DNA of 34,985 nt from Acidimicrobiales bacterium (GCA_035937605.1 DASZHU010000146.1:1-34985), one strand, 5' to 3'. Shown: positions 7,582 through 16,163, numbered from the stretch's first letter. Program-made: numbers and translations. The notes: generated by a model from the sequence alone, not told the origin.

Positions 7582-10242
7582 ATGACCGTGACCAAGCCCC
7601 TCGTCATCGTCGAGTCGCCCGCCAAGGCCCGCACCATCGCGGGCTTCCTGGGGCGCGACTTCACGGTGATGGCCTCGATGGGCCACGTCCGTGACCTGCC
7701 CAGCAAGGGTCTGAGCGTCGACACGGACAACGGGTTCAAAGTGGATTACGAGGTCCATGCGAGCAAGAAGAACGTCATCAAGGAGCTGCGCGACGCCCTG
7801 AAGGGGGCCGACGAGCTCTACCTCGCCACCGACGAAGACCGCGAGGGAGAGGCGATCTCGTGGCACCTGCTCGAGGTGCTCAAGCCCAAGGTGCCCGTCA
7901 AGCGGATGGTCTTTCACGAGATCACGCAGCATGCCATCGAGGACGCCGTTGCCAACTGGAGAGACGTTAACTACGGGCTGGTCGACGCGCAGGAGAGCCG
8001 GCGCATCGTCGACCGCCTGTTCGGCTACCCGGTGTCCGAGGTCGTCTGGCGCAAGATCCGCACTGGTCTGTCGGCGGGACGGGTGCAGTCGCCGGCCGTG
8101 CGCCTCGTCGTCGAGCGGGAGCGCGAGCGCATGGCGTTCGTCGCGGCCGGCTACTGGGATCTCGCCGCTCAGTTCCCGACCGAGCCCGAGTTCACGGCCG
8201 GTCTCGTCGCGGTCGACGACGCGAAGGTCGCCGAGGGCAAGGACTTCGATTCTCTCGGACAGAAGAAGAAGGACGACGTGCTGGTGCTCGACGAGTCCGC
8301 CGCTCGCGGTCTCGCCGAACGACTCGACCGCGCCACCTTCACCGTCGGAAGCGTCGACACCAAGCCGTACACCTCGCGGCCGAAGCCACCCTTCATCACG
8401 TCGACGTTGCAGCAAGTCGGGGGAAGCCGCCTTCGGATGAGCGCGCAGCAGGTCATGCGCGTCGCGCAGGGTCTGTACGAGCGCGGCTACATCACGTACA
8501 TGCGCACCGACTCCACGACCTTGTCGGAGACCGCGTTGACCGCGGCGCGCCAACAGATCCGCGAGCTCTGGGGTGGCGAATACGTGCCCGACAAGCCGCG
8601 CTCGTACGCGAGCAAGTCGAAGAACGCGCAGGAGGCACACGAGGCGATCCGTCCCGCAGGCGATTCGTTCCGCACGCCCGACCAGCTGCGCACCGAGTTG
8701 AGCGGCGACGACCTCCGCCTGTACGAGCTGGTCTGGCAACGCACGATGGCCTCGCAGATGCCCGATGCGCGCGGGTCGACCGTTACTGCTCGCATCAACG
8801 CGCGCACGTCGGCTGGCGAGCTCACCGCCTGGACCGCGTCCGGCCGCACGATCACGTTTCCCGGGTATCTCGCCGCCTACGGCTTCGGTGGTGACGACGC
8901 CGAGGCCGACGGTGACACGGCGGCCAAGCTGCCCGAGCTCGCCGAAGGCCTCGAGCTTCCCTTCCCGGTCATCGAGGCGCTGGGCCACAGCACACAACCG
9001 CCGGCTCGTTACACGGAGGCCACGCTCGTGCGGGCACTGGAGGAGAAGGGCATCGGCCGTCCGTCCACGTACGCGTCGATCATGACGACGATCCAGGATC
9101 GCGGGTACGTGTGGAAGCGCGGGCAGGCGTTGGTGCCGACGCCCGACGCGTTCGCGGTCGTCAACCTTCTCGAGCAGCACTTCACCGACCTCGTCGACTA
9201 CGACTTCACCGCCCGCATGGAAGACGACCTCGACGAGATCGCCGGCGGTCACGAGCAACGCGAGCCGTGGCTCGGGAAGTTCTGGTTCGGCAACGGCACC
9301 CCTGGCGTCAAGTCGTTGTGCGCGCAGGCCCTCGAAAAGGCCGATCCCGTTACGATCAACGCGATACCGATCGGGATGGACGAGAGCGGCGAGCTGGTCG
9401 TTGTCCGCAACGGCAAGTACGGGCCCTATGTCAAGCGTGGTGACGACACTGCGTCGCTGCCGGACGACGTCGCCCTCGACGAGTTCACGATCGACCGCGC
9501 CATTGAGTTGCTCAATGCGCCGAAGGGCGACGATCCGATCGGAGCCGACCCGGCATCGGGCCTACCCGTGTATGCGAAGAACGGACGCTTCGGTCCCTAC
9601 GTGCAACTCGGTGACAGCGAGACGCTGCCCGACAAGCAGAAGCCGAAGATGGAGTCGTTGTTGAGCTCGATGTCGCTCACCGACATCACTCTTGACCAGG
9701 CACTGATGCTGTTGTCGCTGCCGCGCACCGTCGGCGTCGACGACGACGGCGTGGAGATCACCGCCCAGAACGGTCGCTACGGGCCGTACATCAAGAAGGG
9801 CGACGAAACCCGCAGCCTCGAGTCCGAGGACTCGATCTTCACCGTCACGCTCGATGACGCAAAGGCGCTGCTCGCGCAGCCCAAGCAGTTCGGTCGGCGT
9901 CGAGCCGCGCCGGCACCGCCGCTGCGCGAGCTGGGCAACGATCCCGCGTCCGGCCAGCCGGTCGTGGTGAAAGACGGTCGGTTCGGCCCGTACGTCACCG
10001 ACGGCGAGGTGAACGCGTCGCTGCGCAAGGGCGACACGGTCGACGGCATCACGATCGAGCGGGCGGCGGAGCTGCTGCAGATCCGGCGCGAGACGGCGCC
10101 ACGCAAGGCCAAGCGCGCGCCGGCGAAGAAGAAGGCGCCCGCGAAGAAGAAGGCGGCGACCAAGAAGGCCGCCCCGAAGAAGAAGGCGCCCGCGACAGAG
10201 GCCAGGGAGTCACAGTCGGGTGAATCGCCGTCAGTAACCTGA
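7582..10242 (+). CDS. topA: DNA topoisomerase I, actinobacterial type (no Zn fingers; GxxGPY repeats and Lys-rich tail)
   Basis: Toprim block LVIVESPAKARTI, the YITYMRTDS active-site Tyr block, and four NG(K/R)(Y/F)GPY repeats. The tail reads KKAPAKKKAATKKAAPKKKAPA. Confidence 0.97.
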   Translation: MTVTKPLVIVESPAKARTIAGFLGRDFTVMASMGHVRDLPSKGLSVDTDNGFKVDYEVHASKKNVIKELRDALKGADELYLATDEDREGEAISWHLLEVLKPKVPVKRMVFHEITQHAIEDAVANWRDVNYGLVDAQESRRIVDRLFGYPVSEVVWRKIRTGLSAGRVQSPAVRLVVERERERMAFVAAGYWDLAAQFPTEPEFTAGLVAVDDAKVAEGKDFDSLGQKKKDDVLVLDESAARGLAERLDRATFTVGSVDTKPYTSRPKPPFITSTLQQVGGSRLRMSAQQVMRVAQGLYERGYITYMRTDSTTLSETALTAARQQIRELWGGEYVPDKPRSYASKSKNAQEAHEAIRPAGDSFRTPDQLRTELSGDDLRLYELVWQRTMASQMPDARGSTVTARINARTSAGELTAWTASGRTITFPGYLAAYGFGGDDAEADGDTAAKLPELAEGLELPFPVIEALGHSTQPPARYTEATLVRALEEKGIGRPSTYASIMTTIQDRGYVWKRGQALVPTPDAFAVVNLLEQHFTDLVDYDFTARMEDDLDEIAGGHEQREPWLGKFWFGNGTPGVKSLCAQALEKADPVTINAIPIGMDESGELVVVRNGKYGPYVKRGDDTASLPDDVALDEFTIDRAIELLNAPKGDDPIGADPASGLPVYAKNGRFGPYVQLGDSETLPDKQKPKMESLLSSMSLTDITLDQALMLLSLPRTVGVDDDGVEITAQNGRYGPYIKKGDETRSLESEDSIFTVTLDDAKALLAQPKQFGRRRAAPAPPLRELGNDPASGQPVVVKDGRFGPYVTDGEVNASLRKGDTVDGITIERAAELLQIRRETAPRKAKRAPAKKKAPAKKKAATKKAAPKKKAPATEARESQSGESPSVT

Positions 10243-10248
10243 TCGGTC

Positions 10249-11718
10249 GTGGCAGAAGCGGCCTCTGAGCGGCACGAGGTCGAACCGACCGAGCCCGACC
10301 ACCCGGTCGTGGCCCTGCCGTTGCTCATCGACGAGGCCGTCGGCGCGGCCGAACCGGTCGCGCTGCACGTGCGGTTGTTCGGGAGTCACGCCTTCTTCCG
10401 ACTATGGATCGCTCAGGTGGTGTCCGCGCTCGGTGACTGGCTCGGCTTCCTGGCCATCACGATCCTCGCCGCGTCGCTCGGGAGCGGGACCGGCGGCACG
10501 GCCGTCGGTCTCGTGATGTCCGCCCGGATCATTCCCGGCTTCTTCCTCGCACCGGTGGCCGGTGTGATGATCGACCGCTGGGATCGCAAAAAGGTGATGG
10601 TCGTGTGCGACCTGGGTCGCGGTGCTGTGATCGCGTCGTTGCCGTTCGTGCACACGGTCACGGGACTCGTCATCGCGTCGCTCGTGCTCGAGGTGGGCAC
10701 GCTGTGCTGGTCGCCGGCGAAGGAAGCGTCGGTGCCCAACATCGTGCCCACCGATCGGCTCACGTCGGCCAACTCGTTGTCGCTGGCCGCGGCCTACGGC
10801 ACGTTCCCGATCGCGGCCGGGTTCTTCGCGCTCCTCGCACAAGCGGCGAAGGCGCTTGGTGGGATCGACGCGTTGAACTTCTTCAAGACTGATCAGACCG
10901 CGCTCGCGTTCTACGTCGACTGCGCGACGTTCCTGTTGTCCGCGTTGCTCATCTCCACGCTCGCGCTGCCCGACGCGGCGCGGCGTTCGAAGCACAAGGT
11001 CGACGGGGACGGCAAGCGCATCAACCTCACGCAGACGTTCCAGGAGCTGAAGGAGGGTTGGCAGTTCATCTTCGTCAACCCGGTGGTGCGGTCGGTGAAC
11101 CTCGGCCTCGCCACCGGGCTGATCGGGGGCGGGATGGTCGTGCCCCTGGGCTCGATCTTCTCCCGCGACATCCTCGGTGCCGGTGCCGCCGGCTACGGCG
11201 TTTTCATCACCGCGCTCGGGTTCGGAGTCGCGGTCGGCGTGCTCCTCCTGTCAGTCACGCAGAAGTGGCTGCCGAAGGCCAAGGCATTCGAGGCCGCAAT
11301 TTTCGTCGCCGGCGGATCGCTCATCTTCGCGGCGTCGATGTCCACGCTCACGCTTGCGATCATTGGCGTGTTCGTGCTCGGCATCTGTGGCGGCGCCGTG
11401 TACGTGGTCGGCTTCACGTTGCTGCACGAGAACGTGAACGACGCGCTCCGCGGCCGCATCTTCAGTGCCCTGTACACGATCGTGCGGCTGTGTCTGCTGA
11501 TCGCGTTCGCGCTCGGACCGTTCCTGGCCGAGTTCCTCGACCGAGTGTCGAACCGATTCTTCACCAACCGGACCATCACGATCGTCGGCCGCGACCTGTT
11601 CGTGCCCGGCGAGCGGCTGACGCTGTGGTTCGCCGGCGGCATCATCATCATCGCCGGCTGCATCGTGTTCTGGTCGCTGCGGGCGGGTGAGCGCGAGCGA
11701 AGCCGCGCGACGGTCTGA
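10249..11718 (+). CDS. MFS transporter
   Basis: 489-aa polytopic protein with multiple hydrophobic helices and an MFS loop motif (MIDRWDRKKV). Its stop overlaps the tmk start (TGATG at 11716-11720). The N-terminal extent is uncertain (GTG 10249). Confidence 0.8.
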   Translation: MAEAASERHEVEPTEPDHPVVALPLLIDEAVGAAEPVALHVRLFGSHAFFRLWIAQVVSALGDWLGFLAITILAASLGSGTGGTAVGLVMSARIIPGFFLAPVAGVMIDRWDRKKVMVVCDLGRGAVIASLPFVHTVTGLVIASLVLEVGTLCWSPAKEASVPNIVPTDRLTSANSLSLAAAYGTFPIAAGFFALLAQAAKALGGIDALNFFKTDQTALAFYVDCATFLLSALLISTLALPDAARRSKHKVDGDGKRINLTQTFQELKEGWQFIFVNPVVRSVNLGLATGLIGGGMVVPLGSIFSRDILGAGAAGYGVFITALGFGVAVGVLLLSVTQKWLPKAKAFEAAIFVAGGSLIFAASMSTLTLAIIGVFVLGICGGAVYVVGFTLLHENVNDALRGRIFSALYTIVRLCLLIAFALGPFLAEFLDRVSNRFFTNRTITIVGRDLFVPGERLTLWFAGGIIIIAGCIVFWSLRAGERERSRATV

Positions 11719-12299
11719 TGCTCATCGCCTTCGAAGGCGGAGAAGGCTCGGGGAAGTCGACGCAGGCCCGGTTGCTCGCCGAGCGCCTCGGTGCCGTGCT
11801 CACGCGCGAGCCCGGCGCGACGGCTGCCGGTGCCCGCATCCGGGCGCTGCTGCTCGATCCCGACGCGGACATCGACCGGCGGACGGAGGCGCTGCTGATG
11901 GCGGCCGACCGCGCCCAGCACCTGGCCGAGGTCGTCGGCCCTGCGTTGGCCAAGGGCGAGGACGTGGTGACCGACCGTTACCTGTACTCGTCGCTCGCGT
12001 ACCAGTCCTTCGGCCGCGGCCTCGACCGTCAGAAGGTGCGCGCTCTGTCCGCGTTCGCCGGCGCACCGGAGGCCGACCTCGTGATCCTCATCTCCGTCTC
12101 GCCCGAGGTGCGGGCGCAACGGCGCAAGCCATTGCCGGACCGTATCGAGGCGTCCGGCGATCGGTTCCACGAGCGCGTCGAAGCGGGGTTCCGGGCCATG
12201 GCCGAGGCGGATCCTCACCGTTGGACCGTGATCGACGGCGACGGCAGCGTCGAAGAGGTCGCCGCTCGAGTGTGGGCCGCGGTGCACGCGCGTCCGTGA
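11718..12299 (+). CDS. tmk: dTMP (thymidylate) kinase
   Basis: MLIAFEGGEGSGKSTQARLLAERL P-loop, DRY..SSLAYQ block and a lid region. Confidence 0.93.
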   Translation: MLIAFEGGEGSGKSTQARLLAERLGAVLTREPGATAAGARIRALLLDPDADIDRRTEALLMAADRAQHLAEVVGPALAKGEDVVTDRYLYSSLAYQSFGRGLDRQKVRALSAFAGAPEADLVILISVSPEVRAQRRKPLPDRIEASGDRFHERVEAGFRAMAEADPHRWTVIDGDGSVEEVAARVWAAVHARP

Positions 12300-12348
12300 G
12301 GTCAACGCGCGAGCCGCTCGATTCCGTGAGGGCCCGCGGCTGGCTACG

Positions 12349-13419
12349 TTGAGGGCCATCGCGCTCTCTGTCGATCCCTGGGCCGGCGTCATCGGCCAGC
12401 AGCACGCCGTTGCCGCGCTGCAAGCGGCCGCGGCGCGGCCGATCCACGCCTACCTGCTCGTCGGGCCGCGCGGGAGCGGAAAGCGTCAGCTCGCTCGCTC
12501 GTTCGCGGCGTCGCTGCTGGCCGCCACTGCGACGTCGGATCCCGACCGGACGGCGAGGCTGGCACTCGCCGGCCGCCATCCCGACCTGCACGAGTTCGAG
12601 CGGGCGGGCCCGTACATCACGGTCGAGCAGGCCGACTCGATCATCGCCGAATCGAGTCGAACCGGCGTCGAGAGCGACCGCAAGGTGCTCGTGCTGGTCG
12701 ACTTCCACCTCGTGCAGCCGGCCGTGGAAGGCAAGCTGCTCAAGAGCATCGAAGAGCCACCTGGCGACACCGTCTTCGTGGTGCTGGCGGAGTCGGTGCC
12801 GGCCCTGCTCGAGCCGATCGCCTCACGCTGCGTGCGCATCGACGTCGATCCGCTCCCCGAGTCGGTCGTCGCCGACGCGCTCGTCGCTTCCGGCGTCGAC
12901 GACGGGATCGCCGCCGAGGTCGCGTCCGCCGCCGGTGGCGATCTCGATCGCGCTCGATTGCTGGCCACGGATCCACGGTTCTCGTTGCGGCGCACGTTGT
13001 GGCGTTCGATCCCGGAGCAGCTGGACGACACCGGTGCGGCAGTGGTGCGGTTGGTGGGCGAGGTGCGGGCCACGATCGACGACGCGGCGGAACCGGTGCG
13101 GGCGCGTCATGCGCAGGAGCTCGTCGAGCTCGAGGAGCGAATCGAGCGGTACGGCGAACGGGGATCGGGAAAGACGCAACTCGTCGACCGCCAACGGCGC
13201 GAGCTGCGCCGGCATCGCACGGACGAGATCAAGTTCGGATTGGCCACGATGGCGGGTCGTTACCGCGACGAACTGCACGACAACTTGCGGCTCGCGCTCG
13301 CCGGACTCGACGCGATCGCGGACACACACGAGTCGATGGAACGGAACCCGAACGAGACGCTGTTGCTGCACGCGCTCCTGCTGCGGCTGCCTTCCGTGGC
13401 GGTGCTCGCTCGGTCATGA
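12349..13419 (+). CDS. holB: DNA polymerase III delta-prime subunit
   Basis: GQQHAVAAL....HAYLLVGPRGSGKRQLARSFAASLL (AAA+ clamp-loader Walker A) and SRC motif IASRCVRI. It follows tmk. TTG start at 12349. Confidence 0.85.
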   Translation: MRAIALSVDPWAGVIGQQHAVAALQAAAARPIHAYLLVGPRGSGKRQLARSFAASLLAATATSDPDRTARLALAGRHPDLHEFERAGPYITVEQADSIIAESSRTGVESDRKVLVLVDFHLVQPAVEGKLLKSIEEPPGDTVFVVLAESVPALLEPIASRCVRIDVDPLPESVVADALVASGVDDGIAAEVASAAGGDLDRARLLATDPRFSLRRTLWRSIPEQLDDTGAAVVRLVGEVRATIDDAAEPVRARHAQELVELEERIERYGERGSGKTQLVDRQRRELRRHRTDEIKFGLATMAGRYRDELHDNLRLALAGLDAIADTHESMERNPNETLLLHALLLRLPSVAVLARS

Positions 13420-13791
13420 CGCGCCCCCGTTCACGTCGACGATCAGCCATGGCGCGTCGCTTCGTGGGTCGTCGAACACGAGGCGGCACCGACCTTCCGA
13501 CCCATCAGCCGGCGCTGTCGCCAACAGCTCGACGACGGTGTCGCCTCGTCGCTCCAGCTGCACGCCGGCGTACGTGTCGCCCTCTCCTCGGCTGACGACG
13601 ATCGAGACCCCCGACGTGGGTTGTGAGGTCGCCGGGGACGATCGGATCTCGATGGCCGCGCGGCTGGCGTCGGCCTCGATCGTGATCAGCGGCCCGGCGT
13701 GACCGTCGCCGACGACCAGGCGCAGAGTCGTGATCTCGTCCATCAGTGCCCGCCGGAGTACGTCGAGCTGATCGGTCATCCAGGCCGGCAC
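13414..13791 (-). CDS. Hypothetical protein (125 aa), no recognisable domain
   Basis: Non-shadow-like composition with mostly G/C third positions. Its stop and the holB stop share the palindrome TCATGA (13414-13419). The start could be GTG 13791 or ATG 13779. Confidence 0.5.
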   Translation of the reverse strand: MPAWMTDQLDVLRRALMDEITTLRLVVGDGHAGPLITIEADASRAAIEIRSSPATSQPTSGVSIVVSRGEGDTYAGVQLERRGDTVVELLATAPADGSEGRCRLVFDDPRSDAPWLIVDVNGGAS

Positions 13792-14109
13792 GGGCAGGAG
13801 GTTCCGCAGCCGGCGTCGACGCCTTCGTGACTTGCATCGGTCACATCAATCGCCTCGCTCGGGATCCGGTCGGCGCTCGAAGCGCCGCCGGGATTGTGTG
13901 AGGACCGAGACCGGCCGAGCGCTCTCAAGGGGGATGCTGGCCGCGATCGCAGCGCGGTCGGGGTTCGACGAGGTGATGAGAAGTGTACGAAGGGAGTGCG
14001 ACAGTGAAGCGGGGATCCGCGTGACGGCTTCAGTTGACACGTCGAGCGGTCATCGCGAGCACCTTGTCCCAGTTGCGTCGCGTCCGTCAGGACGACGATC
14101 GGGCAGGAT

Positions 14110-14141
14110 GCTACTCATCAGTCTGTAGACGTATCAGTAGC
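14110..14141. promoter_or_regulatory. Candidate operator: inverted GCTACTCATCAGT / ACGTATCAGTAGC half-sites upstream of the XRE gene
   Basis: Arms at 14110-14122 and 14129-14141 match 10/13 as an inverted repeat. They lie 22-53 nt upstream of ATG 14163. The same GCTACTNAT core recurs at 14436-14451. Confidence 0.45.
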
Positions 14142-14162
14142 GACTTCGCTTCGCTCTAGGCG

Positions 14163-14387
14163 ATGAACGATGAACTCCTGCGACGAGTCGGCGCGAACCT
14201 TCGTCGGATGCGTCTGCAACAGGGTCTGTCCCAAGAGGAGTTCGCGGAGATGCTCGACGTGCATCGCACGTACGTCGGTGGACTCGAGCGGGGCGAACGC
14301 AACCTGACGCTTCGCTCGCTGGAGCGCCTCGCCGCGCGGCTCGATCTGGATCCGCTGGTTCTCCTGCGGCGTCCGCGCAACTCGTAG
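14163..14387 (+). CDS. XRE-family helix-turn-helix transcriptional regulator (74 aa)
   Basis: Classic Cro/C1 HTH layout: LRRMRLQQGLSQEEFAEMLDVHRTYVGGLERGERNLTLRSLERLAARL. Confidence 0.9.
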   Translation: MNDELLRRVGANLRRMRLQQGLSQEEFAEMLDVHRTYVGGLERGERNLTLRSLERLAARLDLDPLVLLRRPRNS

Positions 14388-14435
14388 CGGCACGACGACC
14401 CTCAGCGAGGTTCGGTCCGAGAGCTTTCCCTTCAC

Positions 14436-14451
14436 GCTACTGATAAGTAGC
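14436..14451. promoter_or_regulatory. Perfect-arm palindrome GCTACT-GATA-AGTAGC, second candidate XRE operator
   Basis: Read directly from the sequence. It sits 49 nt after the XRE stop and about 190 nt upstream of the surface-protein ATG at 14645. Confidence 0.4.
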
Positions 14452-14644
14452 ATGAAGTCGCGCAGGTGGCGGTGCGGGGATGCGGGGAAGGCGAGGAAGC
14501 AGCATGACGACAGGAGGTAGTACGGCGGAGCCGCTCGACGCGGCCGCCCTCGACTCCCGGGCGCGTACGCATCCGCGAGTCGCATTCCTCCTCGGTGCGT
14601 CGTTGCGCGCTTCTCGGAGTTCTGACCATGGAGGGAGCAGGAAG

Positions 14645-15148
14645 ATGCGAACACGTAGGTGGGTGGCGTTGATCGCATGCAGCGTGCTCGCCGTTGCGGC
14701 GCTGGCGCTCGTGGCGCCCGGGGCGCGGGCCCAGACATATGGTGGGCGTGGCACGCTCGCACCGAGCAGCTCGAACGTTGCCACCGGTGGGAGCCTCACC
14801 CTCAGCGGCGACGGGTTCGCGCCGAACTCCACGATCACGATCGAGATCCACACCGACCCGATCTCGCTGGGCACGGCGGTGGCGGACTCCACGGGTCACT
14901 TCGAGAAGCAGGTTACGCTGCCCATCGCCGTTGCCGCCGGACAGCACACCGTCACTGCGGTCGGCACGGCCCCCTGACGGCTCGAGCCTCGTGCTCTCGA
15001 CGACGATCATGGTCGGCGGCCAGGGACACTCAGCCGAACAGGGACGGACAGCACGCGTCCTGTCGTCGTCGCGCTCGTGCTCATCGCTGTCGGCGCGACG
15101 CTCGTCTCTGGTGTTCGGCGCCGCCGGCGTCGCGCCGTGGGCGTCTGA
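14645..15148 (+). pseudogene. Secreted Ig-like surface protein whose C-terminal sorting signal is cut off by an in-frame TGA (14975-14977)
   Basis: GGAGGGAGCAGGAAG RBS precedes ATG 14645. Signal peptide MRTRRWVALIACSVLAVAALALVAPGARA-Q is followed by a beta-rich domain ending ...HTVTAVGTAP, then TGA. The same frame continues RLEPRALDDDHGRRPGTLSRTGTDSTRPVVVALVLIAVGATLVSGVRRRRRRAVGV, then TGA (15146-15148). That is LxxTG + TM + Arg tail, a sortase-type sorting signal. Confidence 0.6.
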
Positions 15149-15172
15149 CGATCGAGCCGGCGTCACAGCCGC

Positions 15173-15790
15173 ATGACAGACGGACGTGGTCGTTGGCAAC
15201 ACCTCGCCCGGGCGCCCGACAGATGGATCCCCTCGCCGCGGGTCATCGGGTGGTGCGCGCTCGGCTTGGTGGTCACCGGCACGGTGGCTCTGCCCTTGCA
15301 GGCCACGACATCGCCCGCGCCGTCGCTGCGACTCGCTGGCCTCGTCACCAGGGTCGATGGCGCGCACGTACAGGTACTGATGCGAGCCACTGCCGCGCGC
15401 GCCACGTTCGAAGGCACCATGTCGTGGGCTCTCGCGCCGCACGGTTCGGCAGATTGCTGGGCACTGGATTCGCGATCGGGTTCGTCGTCGCGCTCGATCA
15501 GACCCTACGAACGCCGCATCCACGGAGTCTCGTCACCGCGGTGGTCTGTCTCGTCGGGACCTTGGCCACGTCCCATCTGATCGCTGCGTTCGCGGCCGCG
15601 TCTGCAGTCGTGCTCGTCGTGCTGCATCTCGTCCTACGCGTCGAGACGATGTATCGCCGCCGCCGCCGGCACAGCTTCGTGTGGCTCGGCCTCGCCGTCC
15701 TGCCGTTCGCACCGCTGTACCTGACGCTGGCTCGCACGGTCCTCGTCAGCGTGCACGGTCGTGACGCGTCGCGTCGTTCACCCACCGACT
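15173..15790 (+). pseudogene. Probable frameshifted or degraded polytopic membrane-protein gene
   Basis: A TM-like stretch (VIGWCALGLVVTGTVALPL) lies in the frame of ORF 15173..15580. Further helices (LLGTGFAIGFVVAL, LVTAVVCLVGTLATSHLIAAFAAASAVVLVVLHLVL, FVWLGLAVLPFAPLYLTLA) appear only in the frame of ORF 14659..15987, from about 15445. No single frame is intact. A short real gene starting at GTG 15424 cannot be excluded. Confidence 0.3.
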
Positions 15791-15892
15791 GGTGGAATGA
15801 GGTGCAGTTCATCCTCCGCTACGACCCTGGCCTGTGGGCTCCACGCCCTGGGCGGGCACGCACTTGGCGTGGTCGGGTCGGGCACACGTCTG

Positions 15893-16051
15893 GCCACCGG
15901 CCGGCTCTCGTGGGGCCACACCTCACTGGTGCATCGCTTCGTCGACGCCGTGCTCGACGGCACGCCGCCCCCGGTATCGATCGATGACGCGCTCGAGGTG
16001 GTCGCGTTGACCGACGGCATACTCGCCGCGCTGACCCATGTAGGACGGTGA
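15893..16051 (+). pseudogene. 3' remnant resembling the C-terminus of a Gfo/Idh/MocA-type oxidoreductase
   Basis: The tail of ORF 15761..16051 reads HRFVDAVLDGTPPPVSIDDALEVVALTDGILAAL, which resembles the conserved C-terminal block FVDAI..G..PPVS.EDGL.ALE...AI of that family. No Rossmann N-terminal domain is present upstream. Confidence 0.35.
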
Positions 16052-16087
16052 GGCCCGGGAGGACCGGCTGCTAGCTTTCGTCCTTCC

Positions 16088-16163
16088 GCCCGGGTAGCTC
16101 AGACGGCAGAGCAGCTCACTCGTAATGAGCAGGTCAGGAGTTCGATTCTCCTCTCGGGCTCCA
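16088..16163 (+). tRNA. tRNA-Thr, anticodon CGT, CCA encoded
   Basis: Hand-folded cloverleaf. Acceptor GCCCGGG/CTCGGGC (one G-U pair), D arm GCTC/GAGC, anticodon arm GCTCA-CTCGTAA-TGAGC (anticodon CGT at 16121-16123), variable loop AGGTC, T arm AGGAG-TTCGATT-CTCCT, discriminator T, CCA at 16161-16163. Confidence 0.93.

Noticed and set aside
13832-14128. 98-aa + ORF and 64-aa - ORF (13846..14040) in the gap between the hypothetical gene and the XRE gene. I also looked here for a possible toxin partner of the XRE protein.
   Set aside because: All six frames were translated by hand. None shows a recognisable toxin or peptidase motif, and the frames are broken by stops. The region is treated as non-coding or a regulatory leader, though an ncRNA cannot be excluded.
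14452-14520. 22-codon upstream ORF (MKSRRWRCGDAGKARKQHDDRR) right after the 14436-14451 palindrome
   Set aside because: It is very short and Arg/Lys-rich, with no RBS. It cannot be distinguished from chance in this composition.
14975-14990. TGA 14975 as a selenocysteine codon
   Set aside because: The only adjacent structure is the loop-less palindrome GGCTCGAGCC, not a SECIS-like stem-loop. The context is a linker in an extracellular Ig-like protein rather than a redox active site. No sel genes are in the window.
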